Below are positions 8,867 through 18,818 of a DNA stretch of 45,973 nt, piece after piece. The translations under genes and the position numbers were made by a program. The first letter of the stretch is position 1. Every line of letters starts with the position of its first letter. Source of the stretch: a virus (taxonomy: Duplodnaviria; Caudoviricetes); IMG/VR virus record IMGVR_UViG_3300037755_000222, positions 1 through 45,973 of that record; one strand, given 5' to 3'. Below the pieces are notes generated by a model. It was not told the origin of the DNA. It saw only the letters and a program-made list of their open reading frames with translations, and searched no databases.

Positions 8867-11800
8867 ATGCCTATCGTCGAAATCGAAGGTATCGGGAACA
8901 TCGAATTTCCCGATGACATGCCCGAGGTGGAAATCAATGCCGCCATCGAGCAGAGTTTTAATTTTGCTCCGCGCATCTCCGAAGGAAAACTCCCTGCTGG
9001 TACGCTGATGCCGGTTCCCATCGCGGGTCCGACTGATCAACCGATCATGGATGGCAGTATCCCTGCCGGGTTCAATCCGGCCACGGGTCTCCCATATTCT
9101 CCGGATGACTGGCCCGATGTTCTATCCAAAACGGCAGAACAGTTCTTGCCGCGCGCGCGGGCCTCGCTGATGGGAATGCAGGGACTCGCTGAAGAACAGC
9201 GTGGTCTTGAAGTATCAGGGCGACCCACCGATCCATCCGAGATGATCGCTGACAAGATTTTGAAAATGCTTGGCAGAGATCGTCCGTTGATGATCGACAA
9301 AGAAACATGGGAGGCACGCCAACAGGCCGGTGAAAAAATAATCGAAGGCGCGAAACCTTTGTATGAACTCGGACAGATTTACAGCGAGGAAGCGCAGGCC
9401 AAGGCACCCGAAGTCATTCCGGGATCGGCCAAGGAATTTACCAGCGAACTCGGTGGCACTGTCGCGGATATGACAGTGCCGGTGTTGATGGGAATTCTCA
9501 CGCGCCGCGCCGGTGCTATTCCGGCAACGACCGTGGGTGTTACCGGCATGACGCCACAAGTCGCCGGACAAGCGGCTTTGCGCGATCAGGAACTCACGCC
9601 CGAGATGCGCCAGATGCGCGCCGGTCTCGACGTGCTGGCAGAAGAAATCCCTGAGATGATCCCGATGGGATTCCTTGTCGGGAAAGGTCGTAAAGCTTTC
9701 AGCCGCATCGTCGGTGCAACCGTGGGCGAAGGCGTGCAGGAGGAGATCACCAACGTTCTGCAAGCCGCCATCGATAAAGGCACCATCGATCCGGCCATGA
9801 CATGGGGCGAGGTGCTGAAATCCGGACTCGATCCCAAGACCTTCATGCTGGGTGCCGCGGCCGGTGGTGGCATCGCGGTCGCTACACAGCCGATCACCTC
9901 GGCTCAGAACCGGCAGATGCTCAAGGAAGCCAAGGCCGAATTCGATCAGTCGTGGCTTAACTACCTGCAAGAGAACCAGCAAGGCGGACCTCTATTCAAG
10001 GCCGAGACCGCCGTGAAGAAACCCGAGGTGGAGGCCGCGCTGGATCGTCAGGCCACGCAACAGAAGGCCACGGCACGGCAAGACATCATGGCCGCATTCG
10101 AGGGCCGGGAGCAGGCGGAAACCGCTCAGAAGGCCACGGAGGAGGAGCAACTGGCCGACTCCGGGGTTCGCTCCCGGATCATGGAATCGCTCAAGGCGCA
10201 GGACGTGGAGCGTGCCTACGGTGGCGAGAAAGTGGCTCCGCGTACCACGATGGAGGAAGCCTTCCGGCGCACCGTGGAACCCATTGTTCCACGTGAAACA
10301 TCGGTTGTCCCCCAAGAGGTGAAACCGGAAAAACCGCCACAAGAGCAGGTTTCGAAGATTTCCGAGACATTGCCCCCCCGCCTCGCCATCGAACCGTCCC
10401 CGGAGGGTTCCTTGTCCGAGGAGGAAACGGCTATCGAGCAACGCTACGCCGAGCAACTGAGCGCGGACGTGGACAAGGCCGTGGCGTCGTACAACACGCT
10501 GGAAGGCTCTCAGGGCGGCAAGATCATCAACACCGACATCGCGCGCGAACTCTCGCCGGACTACAGCGCCAGCAAGGAATCACGCGGTGCGTTGTCATCG
10601 GCGGTGCATGAGCCGGCGTCGGCGCTGGTCAAGGAAATCTACCGGCGCAAGCTGGCTGAACCTGATCCGACCGGGAATAACCTTGTCACGTTCACCGCGG
10701 GAGGAAGTGGTGCCGGCAAGTCGGTCGGTATCAAGGAAGTGCAGCAGTTGATGGCACAGTCGCAGATCATTTACGACACCAACATGAATGCCTTCAAGAG
10801 CGCCAAGGAAAAAATCGACATGGCGCTCAATGCCGGCAAGCACGTGAATATCATGTACGTGGCGCGCGACCCAGTGACGGCGTTGACGGAAGGTACGCTC
10901 AAACGTGGTCAACGCATGGGCCGTACTGTTCCCTTGAATGAGCATATCCGCACACATCGGGGATCGGTTGAGACGATCAAGAAACTGCGGGAGCATTACG
11001 CCAATGATCCGCGCGTGGATATTCTCTACATCGACAACACCCGCGGCAAGGGCGAAGCTCGCATCAGTGATGAGAAATTGCCGGATACCATCAATTTTGA
11101 TAACATAGAACAGAGACTTAACGAGGCTCTGGACAATGCCTACGCCGAAGGAAAAATCAGCGAAGCCGTCTATCGCGGCACCCAAGGCCGTAAAGCCGGG
11201 ATCGCCCGAGGCGAAGGCACGCGCGCAGAAGAACGCGCAGGAATTCGTGAGCAACCTCAACAGGAACGTCCTCAAAGAGAAGTAGGCCGCGAAGCCGCGG
11301 TCGATTTCCGTAGCGAAACCACTCCTGAATCCGAGAAGTGGATCGAAACCTCGCGTGAAGTTCAAATTCCCGATCCGCTCAAGAATATCGTTCCGATTTC
11401 ATTTGAGCATCAGTATGTCGGTGAGGTGATGGGGAAAGCCTCACACGATGCCGAGTTCATACGCCTCGTCAAAAAGAACGGACGCCAATATATCGATATT
11501 CCCGATCCGGAGCAGGCTCACGCTATTGGACAACTGATCAAGAACGCTATCGAACTGGGTGTTCCGGAATCCATGTTGCGGGATACCATCCGGGCCTTTC
11601 TGGTAATCAACGGGCCGAATTACGGTCACGGGATGCATCTCGGCATCAGCAGCGATTATGACAACAACTCCCATGTGAGCGTGCGCTATGACCTGTTGCG
11701 CGAAGCGCACCCGGACAAACGCAATGATGCCGCGCAGTTCGTGGCAACCAGCGTGTTCATTCACGAAGTGCATCACTCGATTGATATCCGAAAAGGTGAG

Positions 11801-14800
11801 GACGGATTTTCTGTCGTGTCTCCATTGTTCGAGATCAGCCTCGATCTGAAAGAAAAGAAGATAGATATGGGTCCGGTGATGCGAGACCTGTATCGGCTTT
11901 ATGAGGAAAACCATCTCGGATTGAAATCGACGTTGGGATATCCATTCAACTGGGTGGATGATCTGATTGTCGCCACCGAGGCAAATTCAGAAGATGCCGA
12001 TGGCATCAAGACCTTTCTCAAGCAGGAAGCGTTCGCGCAGGGCGGACGAATCTATTATGTTGTAGGTGCCACGGAGATCGGTCGCGCCACACTCAAGCGT
12101 GTCGCCCCGGACTTCATGAAATTCATGCAGGAGGTACACGATGCAGTTTCCCAAAGCGACACCGTTGACGCGCGCGATGCAGCAGTACAGAAAGCGTTTC
12201 GGTCGGAGCCTGCCCTATTGGAGCGGGTGGGAGTCACCCGAGAAGCGGCAGAGTATGGCCGAGAAGGCACTGAGCAGCGGGATACCGATACCCGCCGACC
12301 CGAAGCCGGACGAGCGGGTGACATCGATACAGGCATAAGCGATAATGCGCCCTATGCCGGACGAGAAGCCCCAGCCAAAGAAGCCCCCCGAGATGTCACG
12401 GGAAGAACTGATCGCGTACCTGCGCGAGAACTTTCCGCACCTGAAGAACATGTCGGACGAGCAACTGATCGAAGCCTCCGCCGGTTTAGTGTAAGCCCCC
12501 CGGAAGATTTCCACCGCGCCATCACCGACGCCAAGGCCAAGAGCCGCTTTGGCGCGTCGGTGAACGTCTATCCCTTGGACGATTACCGCGGCATGAAAAC
12601 CTACCTCACCTCGGACAAATCGGCCGGGTTCGCCATCAAGCCGGACGGCGATCTCGTGTCCGTGTTCTCCGACGGCACGCAGAAGGGTGTGGCGGAAATC
12701 CTGATGCCCGAGGCGATCCAGCAGGGGGCCAAGAAACTCGATGCCTTCGATACCGTATTGCCGCCCCTGTATAGCAAGTACGGCTTCAAGGCCGTGGCGC
12801 GCATGAAGTGGAACGACGAGTTTGCCCCGGCCGAGTGGAACAAGGAAACCTTCCGCGCCTTCAGCAATGGCGAACCGGATGTGGTTTTCATGGTGTACGA
12901 ACAGGGCGCTCCGCTCTACAAGCCCGGTGATGGAAAGCTGGTGGAGGACTACGACGAGGCTGTGCGCTTGCAGGACGAAACGATGCGCCCGTTGGCGAAA
13001 GAAGCGGCACTCGATCTGACACCACCGCGCCGACCGCCGACGACACCACCGATCCCGCCAAGTCCGAACACGCCACAACGCCGTTCGGCAATGGACATCT
13101 ATGATCGCAAGGTCGGGAAACCGCCGAAGCCGTACATGGAAATCTTCAAGGAATGGACGGCTGGCCGGCGTCTGGAACACGAGTTTCTGGATTCCGGCAT
13201 CCCGTTCAAGCTGATGGTCGATAAAGTCGCCCCCGACATCGGCCCACAGGATAATCCGTATTACGGCTGGAAACTGCTGTCCGGCGATTCGGCGCTGATC
13301 GAGGACTGGCTGGGTATCAATCCCGGCACGCAGGGTGGCGCTCCGTTCCGCCTCGGGGATCGCCTCAAGGTCAATGACTACGGGAAATCGCTGCGCGAGA
13401 TTCTGGCTCCGGTGGCGCATGACATTGAGACTCTGAAAGAGTTCGAGGCGTACCTGATCGGGCGGCGCGCGAATGAACTCTACGGCAAAGAGAAGGAACA
13501 TCTGTTCACGCGCTCGGAGATCGATGAACTGCTGGCACTGGAAACGCCAGCCTTCAAGGCCGTGGCAAAAGAGGTGTACGCATACAATGACCGGCTCCTG
13601 CAATATGCGGTGGACGGCGGCTTCCTCGATCCCAAGGTCGCGGAGAAGTTCCGCGAGTATGTCAACTACATCCCGTTCTACCGCGAGGCGCAGTACGAGG
13701 GCGACGTGGGCGGGCCGCGCAAAGGGAGCCTGTATCACCGCTTGAAAGGCGGCACGCAGAACCTCCGCTCCCCCCTGCAAAACCTGATTGAAAACACCGC
13801 GACGGTGATCCACGCGGTCAACCGCAACGCGGTCTTGAACAACGCGCTCGACATGACCAAAGCCTTTCCCGGTGCGAAGGCGTGGATGGAACAAGTCCAG
13901 CTTCCGACGCAGGTACTCAACTTGTCCACCGACCGGATCGTGAAGCAACTGGTGGATCAGGGCGTGTACGTCAACCGCGAGACCGCCGATGAACTGGCGG
14001 TGATGCAGACGTTTTTCATGAAAAAGCCGCTCGGGGATGAGCAGAACCGCATCATCGTCATGAAGCGCAACGGCAAGACCATCGCGGTCAAGATTCACGA
14101 TCCAATGCTGTGGCGCACACTTCATGCCTTTTCGCCCACGGAACTCGGTCTGATCGTCGATATTCTGGCGGTGCCGGCGGCGACGTTGCGTACCGGCGTA
14201 GTGTTCTCACCTGATTTCATGTCACGGAATTTCCTGCGCGATACGCTCTCGGCCTACATCCAGTCCGGGAAGAAATTCATGCCGGTAGCGGACAGCCTCA
14301 AGGGGTTCGTCCACGTGGCCCACGCTTCGGAGACCTACCGCCTCTATCGTGCGATGGGCGGGGCGTATGCAGATTTCTGGCATGGCGATTCCAAGGAAGC
14401 CGCGGTCAGTCTGCGCCGGCTGGCGAAGATCAGCCGGTTCCCCGGATCGCGTCTGCTGAATCCTGCCGGTTGGTGGCGCACGCTGAAGAAGGTCGGCTCC
14501 ATCACCGAGGCCGGGAGCCGCACCCGCACAATGGAAAAATATCTGGACGGCACCATCGAGGGCGCTCTGAAGGGAGCCATCGAGGCACGCGAGGTCACGG
14601 TCGATTTCGGGATGCACGGCGTCAACCAGTCGATGCGGATTCTGGAACGCATCACGCCGTTCTTGAATCCTGCCAAGCAGGGCATGTATAAAATGAGCCG
14701 CACCTTCGGCAATTACCCGATGACGACGCTGCTGCGCGGTGCGCCGATTGTTTTGATGACGTTGGCGCTCTGGATGCTGAACCGTGACAAGGACTGGTAC

Positions 14801-15673
14801 AAAGACCTTGAGGACTGGGAAAAGGATATGTACTGGCATTTCGATATCGGGATGCGCTCAGAAAAAAACAAGGTCGTGGCGCTGCGCCTTCCCAAGCCGT
14901 TCGAGTACGGGGCGGTGTTCGGATCGTTTTGGGAAGCCGGACTTGAAGGCATGTATAACGATAACCCGGATGCCATGAAGCGCGCCTTCGGCACCGTGGA
15001 GAATGTGTTCGGGCTTCGCCTGATGCCGACCGTGGCCTCGGTGCCGCTGGAACTCCGGTTTAACAAGAGTTTTTTCACCGAACGCAATATCGTCCCGGAA
15101 GGCATGGAGACACTGGAACCGTATCTTCAATACGGGGCCGGTACCTCGAATGTCGCCAAGGTGATCGGACAGGCATTTAATGCTTCTCCGTACAAGATCG
15201 ATTATGGCATACGAAACATTTTCGGCACGATGGGCGTGTACGCGACCTCGCTGATGGATCACCCGCTCGGGAACGCGATGGGCTATCCCGAGAAGCCGGC
15301 GATCACGCCGCGCCAGTGGCCACTGATGAAGGTGTTCGTCTCGGACCCGGATCGATCCGGCACAAGGGCCGTGACCGAATTCTATGAACTGTTGCAGGAA
15401 GCCCGCACCCGGTATGCAAGCTGGTCGTATCTGCAATACGATTACGATTACATGGACAAGCAGGCGGAGAAGTCCGGTGACTTGATGTATCTCAAGGCCA
15501 CCGCCGAGAACGCCGCTCATGTCATGGCCGGTTATCGTAAAGCGAATCGGGATATCCGCGATGACAAGACCTTGACGCCGGAACAGAAGCGCATTCTGAT
15601 CGACGAAAATGGAGAACAGATCAAACAGATCGCCAAGGATTACCGCGATCTCCTGAAAGGAGCGAAACCCTGA
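8867..15673 (+). CDS. Giant polyvalent DNA-ejection protein (2268 aa): zeta-toxin-like P-loop kinase, HExxH metallopeptidase-like, GNAT-like and C-terminal LPD38-like domains
   Basis: Walker A GGSGAGKS at 10700-10723 with zeta-like RMGRTVP; HEVHH at 11762-11776; LDAFDTVLPPLYSKYGF near 12737-12787; LRLPKPFEYG near 14882. Confidence 0.8.
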   Translation: MPIVEIEGIGNIEFPDDMPEVEINAAIEQSFNFAPRISEGKLPAGTLMPVPIAGPTDQPIMDGSIPAGFNPATGLPYSPDDWPDVLSKTAEQFLPRARASLMGMQGLAEEQRGLEVSGRPTDPSEMIADKILKMLGRDRPLMIDKETWEARQQAGEKIIEGAKPLYELGQIYSEEAQAKAPEVIPGSAKEFTSELGGTVADMTVPVLMGILTRRAGAIPATTVGVTGMTPQVAGQAALRDQELTPEMRQMRAGLDVLAEEIPEMIPMGFLVGKGRKAFSRIVGATVGEGVQEEITNVLQAAIDKGTIDPAMTWGEVLKSGLDPKTFMLGAAAGGGIAVATQPITSAQNRQMLKEAKAEFDQSWLNYLQENQQGGPLFKAETAVKKPEVEAALDRQATQQKATARQDIMAAFEGREQAETAQKATEEEQLADSGVRSRIMESLKAQDVERAYGGEKVAPRTTMEEAFRRTVEPIVPRETSVVPQEVKPEKPPQEQVSKISETLPPRLAIEPSPEGSLSEEETAIEQRYAEQLSADVDKAVASYNTLEGSQGGKIINTDIARELSPDYSASKESRGALSSAVHEPASALVKEIYRRKLAEPDPTGNNLVTFTAGGSGAGKSVGIKEVQQLMAQSQIIYDTNMNAFKSAKEKIDMALNAGKHVNIMYVARDPVTALTEGTLKRGQRMGRTVPLNEHIRTHRGSVETIKKLREHYANDPRVDILYIDNTRGKGEARISDEKLPDTINFDNIEQRLNEALDNAYAEGKISEAVYRGTQGRKAGIARGEGTRAEERAGIREQPQQERPQREVGREAAVDFRSETTPESEKWIETSREVQIPDPLKNIVPISFEHQYVGEVMGKASHDAEFIRLVKKNGRQYIDIPDPEQAHAIGQLIKNAIELGVPESMLRDTIRAFLVINGPNYGHGMHLGISSDYDNNSHVSVRYDLLREAHPDKRNDAAQFVATSVFIHEVHHSIDIRKGEDGFSVVSPLFEISLDLKEKKIDMGPVMRDLYRLYEENHLGLKSTLGYPFNWVDDLIVATEANSEDADGIKTFLKQEAFAQGGRIYYVVGATEIGRATLKRVAPDFMKFMQEVHDAVSQSDTVDARDAAVQKAFRSEPALLERVGVTREAAEYGREGTEQRDTDTRRPEAGRAGDIDTGISDNAPYAGREAPAKEAPRDVTGRTDRVPARELSAPEEHVGRATDRSLRRFSVSPPEDFHRAITDAKAKSRFGASVNVYPLDDYRGMKTYLTSDKSAGFAIKPDGDLVSVFSDGTQKGVAEILMPEAIQQGAKKLDAFDTVLPPLYSKYGFKAVARMKWNDEFAPAEWNKETFRAFSNGEPDVVFMVYEQGAPLYKPGDGKLVEDYDEAVRLQDETMRPLAKEAALDLTPPRRPPTTPPIPPSPNTPQRRSAMDIYDRKVGKPPKPYMEIFKEWTAGRRLEHEFLDSGIPFKLMVDKVAPDIGPQDNPYYGWKLLSGDSALIEDWLGINPGTQGGAPFRLGDRLKVNDYGKSLREILAPVAHDIETLKEFEAYLIGRRANELYGKEKEHLFTRSEIDELLALETPAFKAVAKEVYAYNDRLLQYAVDGGFLDPKVAEKFREYVNYIPFYREAQYEGDVGGPRKGSLYHRLKGGTQNLRSPLQNLIENTATVIHAVNRNAVLNNALDMTKAFPGAKAWMEQVQLPTQVLNLSTDRIVKQLVDQGVYVNRETADELAVMQTFFMKKPLGDEQNRIIVMKRNGKTIAVKIHDPMLWRTLHAFSPTELGLIVDILAVPAATLRTGVVFSPDFMSRNFLRDTLSAYIQSGKKFMPVADSLKGFVHVAHASETYRLYRAMGGAYADFWHGDSKEAAVSLRRLAKISRFPGSRLLNPAGWWRTLKKVGSITEAGSRTRTMEKYLDGTIEGALKGAIEAREVTVDFGMHGVNQSMRILERITPFLNPAKQGMYKMSRTFGNYPMTTLLRGAPIVLMTLALWMLNRDKDWYKDLEDWEKDMYWHFDIGMRSEKNKVVALRLPKPFEYGAVFGSFWEAGLEGMYNDNPDAMKRAFGTVENVFGLRLMPTVASVPLELRFNKSFFTERNIVPEGMETLEPYLQYGAGTSNVAKVIGQAFNASPYKIDYGIRNIFGTMGVYATSLMDHPLGNAMGYPEKPAITPRQWPLMKVFVSDPDRSGTRAVTEFYELLQEARTRYASWSYLQYDYDYMDKQAEKSGDLMYLKATAENAAHVMAGYRKANRDIRDDKTLTPEQKRILIDENGEQIKQIAKDYRDLLKGAKP
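10285..10300. promoter_or_regulatory. parS: parS-type centromere site (ParB binding)
   Basis: TGTTCCACGTGAAACA is an exact match to the chromosomal parS consensus TGTTNCACGTGAAACA. Confidence 0.7.
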
Positions 15674-16755
15674 TGCTTACTCAATACACGCGAAATAAGG
15701 ATTTCTCGGATGACGCCTTGAATAATGTCGGCGGGCGTTCTACGGTCGATTGTGCAGGACTTGACTCGGAACTTGATGAGGTCAAGACCATACTCGATGA
15801 AGCGCGCACATACTTCGCGTTTCTGTTGCGGGACGATCTGACACAGATCATTTCAGCCGATTCCATCAATTACATCGCGGCCTCGCTGAACAGCACCGCC
15901 TTTGTGTGGCAAGGGCAATGGCTGACCGTGACGGATTATCTCGTCAACAACATGGTGTTCGAGGCTGGGGCCAGCTACATCTGTGTGGTCACGCATACGT
16001 CCGGGGTGTTTGCCACCGATCTTGCCGCCGGGAAATGGGAACTGCTGGCGCAACAGGGTTCCGCCACCGCGCTTCCGGCTCAGGGCGGAAATGCCAACAA
16101 GGTCTTGACCACGGACGGCAGCAATCCGAGTTGGGCCAGCCCGCAGACATTGGCGAACAGCAATACCCCGGCAGGTAATATCGTTGCCACAACTATTCAG
16201 GGCGCAGTAAATGAATTGGATACGGAAAAAGCTGCGATCACGGATGCGGTCATGGATGGGGATGCAGCGGGGGGAATGTTGGCAGGAAATTTTCCTAATC
16301 CCAGCTTGGCGATAGCACGGGCGTTGCTATACAGCAGCGTTAATTTTACCGTCACTCAGTCGGATTATGATTTTCCGTTCGATTCCGAGATATATAAGAC
16401 ACATGCCGCCATTCATAACACGGTATCGAATAAAGAACGATTGGTGGTTCCTTCCGGGTTGGGGATCACTCACGCGAAGCTCAAAGGGCAAACCGTTGTG
16501 TCCGCGAATGCTACCGGCACAAACCGTCATGCTCAAATATGGAAGAATGGAAACTTGGATTCTCCGATAGCTTGGGTAGGAAGTCAGGGAACCATTAGTG
16601 CAAGCATCACGGCTGTTTCTCAGATAGAAACCCCGTTGATTCCTGTTGTCGCTGGGGATTATTTCACATTACACATGCAACAAGATTCCGGCGGCAATTT
16701 GACAGGATTTAAACAAAATATATTTTTCTCTGTCGAATTTTATGCCTTGGGTTGA
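15673..16755 (+). CDS. Tail fibre / receptor-binding protein with CBM-like middle and C1q/TNF-like C-terminus
   Basis: WQGQWLTVTDYLVNNMV...SYICVVTHTSG...GKWELL module; C-terminal FPFDSEIY...VVAGDYFTLHMQQ; lower-GC 3' half. Confidence 0.75.
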   Translation: MLTQYTRNKDFSDDALNNVGGRSTVDCAGLDSELDEVKTILDEARTYFAFLLRDDLTQIISADSINYIAASLNSTAFVWQGQWLTVTDYLVNNMVFEAGASYICVVTHTSGVFATDLAAGKWELLAQQGSATALPAQGGNANKVLTTDGSNPSWASPQTLANSNTPAGNIVATTIQGAVNELDTEKAAITDAVMDGDAAGGMLAGNFPNPSLAIARALLYSSVNFTVTQSDYDFPFDSEIYKTHAAIHNTVSNKERLVVPSGLGITHAKLKGQTVVSANATGTNRHAQIWKNGNLDSPIAWVGSQGTISASITAVSQIETPLIPVVAGDYFTLHMQQDSGGNLTGFKQNIFFSVEFYALG

Positions 16756-16787
16756 TTACTTACGATATTTAATAAATGGATTTATAA

Positions 16788-17114
16788 ATGGCAAGAATAG
16801 ATAAACGCGCAGCTATTGAATTCGGAAAAATTGTTCAAGCCGTTGATACGTTGACGCAAGAATCGGCTTTGACCCGTCAAAAAACTGATAAGTTAGTAAC
16901 GTGTGTTGCCGAGATGAAGGTAACGCTGGATTCCTTCAAAAAAGATGAAAATTTAGCGCATCTGCGTATGTCTAAAATAGAGGAAGCGATTGATGGGGAA
17001 GATGGGATAAGGGCATCTATCAATCGTGGGAGGGGAATGTTTGCCGGAGTAACTTTAGCCGCCGGGTCTGTGGGTGGATTTCTTTCTTGGGTTTGGCATA
17101 AATTATTCCCATAA
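16788..17114 (+). CDS. Membrane protein of the lysis cassette (coiled coil plus C-terminal TM; holin/antiholin-like)
   Basis: 108 aa with a single C-terminal hydrophobic helix; directly upstream of the endolysin. Confidence 0.55.
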   Translation: MARIDKRAAIEFGKIVQAVDTLTQESALTRQKTDKLVTCVAEMKVTLDSFKKDENLAHLRMSKIEEAIDGEDGIRASINRGRGMFAGVTLAAGSVGGFLSWVWHKLFP

Positions 17115-17130
17115 CAGAAGGTTATATAAA

Positions 17131-17604
17131 ATGATAATTGAAAGACTTTTGACTCACGGAGGCGGTAAGCAAAATCCTAAACGGATCGTGGTTCATTGCA
17201 TGTCCGAGGAAGTAGAGTATGAAGGCAAGATATTGCCGGCATGGGAGTTGCTGGATGCTCTCAAACTCTCCGCGCATGTCCTGATTTATCCGGATGGCAC
17301 TCGTGTCCGTTGTCGGGCAGACAATGAAATGGCTTGGCACGCCAAAGGGTTCAACACCGATTCGCTGGGTGTCGAGATTCTGGTTTCCAATGCAAAAAAC
17401 TTGGATGAACTTCAACGCCGAACCAAGACGGCATGGGTATCACCGGAGCAAATGAACTCTCTGGTACAGCAGATCATGATCTGGAAAAAAGCCTATCCCA
17501 TCGAAAAGATTGACCGGCATTCCGATCTCGATCCGGCAAGAAAATGGTTCGATCCCGGCGATGGTTTTCCGTGGACCGAACTGCTGCAACGCACTTGGAT
17601 TTAA
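17131..17604 (+). CDS. Endolysin, N-acetylmuramoyl-L-alanine amidase (Amidase_2, 157 aa)
   Basis: RIVVHC, SAHVLI, AWHAKGFN, SLGVEI, RHSDL...DPG motifs. Confidence 0.9.
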   Translation: MIIERLLTHGGGKQNPKRIVVHCMSEEVEYEGKILPAWELLDALKLSAHVLIYPDGTRVRCRADNEMAWHAKGFNTDSLGVEILVSNAKNLDELQRRTKTAWVSPEQMNSLVQQIMIWKKAYPIEKIDRHSDLDPARKWFDPGDGFPWTELLQRTWI

Positions 17605-17619
17605 TCAACAGGAGGTAGT

Positions 17620-17988
17620 ATGAAAGCGACATTGATATGGGATGAGGAAGGCTATGTCTGGCCTGTCGGGACCGGCATCGACGATGACGGCGTGCCACTC
17701 GACGGAAAGAAGGTCGATGGTGAGCAGATGAAGATCATGGGCCGCGTCAAAGAGGATGATGGCGAATACGTGCAGATCGATGCCGATCCGACCGACGCCG
17801 ATATCGATCTTGGTCTGCCGAACGCCAGCCAGTACGAGATCGAGTTTCCGGTGCCACGGGGCAAGACGCTGCAAATCGTCCTGATTCCGATCTACCAAGG
17901 CGTAGAAGGCGAGGCGTCCGACCCTGTGGAGATGTTCAACCCTTTGCTGGTTCCCCCGAAACCGGCGGGGGTGGTGATCATCCGGTGA
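17620..17988 (+). CDS. Acidic FN3/Ig-like small protein
   Basis: AGGAGG RBS; ATLIWD...GVEGEASDPV...PPKPAGVVI pattern. Confidence 0.6.
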   Translation: MKATLIWDEEGYVWPVGTGIDDDGVPLDGKKVDGEQMKIMGRVKEDDGEYVQIDADPTDADIDLGLPNASQYEIEFPVPRGKTLQIVLIPIYQGVEGEASDPVEMFNPLLVPPKPAGVVIIR

Positions 17989-18266
17989 AAACTCGTTACC
18001 AATGGGCCATAGCGTTGACGGTGGTGTTGATCATTGTCTTGATCGCCATTGCCAACGCCGCGCCCACGGGATCATGCGGAGACGGTCTCGGAGCGCAGGA
18101 CTTGTCCGGTGAGTGCAGGGTAGTAAAGCCCTGCGCCGACGATCCGGCGAAGTTCTGCATCACGGCAGGTGCGCTGGTGGAAGTGGCATCGACGATCAAG
18201 CCGCCGAAGCCGGGAGGGGTCAGGCTGGTGCCGCCGAAGCCCGGTGGTGTCGTGGTACAACCTTAA
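17985..18266 (+). CDS. Secreted/anchored Cys-containing protein with two PPKPGGV repeats
   Basis: GTGA overlap; N-terminal signal/TM segment; four Cys. Confidence 0.6.
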   Translation: MKTRYQWAIALTVVLIIVLIAIANAAPTGSCGDGLGAQDLSGECRVVKPCADDPAKFCITAGALVEVASTIKPPKPGGVRLVPPKPGGVVVQP

Positions 18267-18277
18267 AGGATATGTCG

Positions 18278-18799
18278 ATGACAAACTGGAAAGAAGTGAT
18301 CGGCGCGATTGCGCCCACCATTGCCACCATCCTCGGCGGGCCTCTTGCTGGCATGGCGGTCAAGGCGGTCTCTACCGCTGTGCTTGGTCGTGACGATGGC
18401 ACCGAGGAGGAGATTGCCGCAATGGTGACTGGCGCTTCTCCTGATGTTCTGGCACGTATCAAAGAGGCCGATGCTTCGCTCAAGACGCAACTCTCCCAAG
18501 CAGGGGTTCGTCTTGAAGAAATCGCCGGGGCAGATCGCGCCAGCGCGCGGGACAGAGAAGTGAAGCTACAAGACCCGACGACGCGCCGACTGGCCTATAT
18601 CGCGCTGATCGGGTTTTTTATCGTGCTGGGCGCGCAGCTTTATTTTGCTGTCGAGAGCATCACCATCAACCCGGAGTTGCAACGCACGCTCGATATCACG
18701 CTCGGAGTCTTGTTCGCTTGGGTATTGGCGGTGAAGGATTATTATTTCGGATCAAGTGTTGGAAGCAAAGAAAAAGATGCTTTCATTCATAGTAAATAA
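18278..18799 (+). CDS. Holin-like membrane protein (173 aa)
   Basis: IGAIAPTIATILGGPLAGMA N-terminus, DRASARDRE, two TM helices, YYFGSS C-terminal motif. Confidence 0.7.
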   Translation: MTNWKEVIGAIAPTIATILGGPLAGMAVKAVSTAVLGRDDGTEEEIAAMVTGASPDVLARIKEADASLKTQLSQAGVRLEEIAGADRASARDREVKLQDPTTRRLAYIALIGFFIVLGAQLYFAVESITINPELQRTLDITLGVLFAWVLAVKDYYFGSSVGSKEKDAFIHSK

Positions 18800-18818
18800 A
18801 AAACGATGGCGCGGAAGG

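Noticed and set aside
12215-14125. 636-aa minus-strand ORF (also 42287-43903, 43809-44804 and similar)
   Set aside because: Antisense shadows of strongly codon-biased GC-rich genes; no RBS or motifs
15673-16755. Diversity-generating retroelement target
   Set aside because: No reverse transcriptase and no template/variable repeat pair seen
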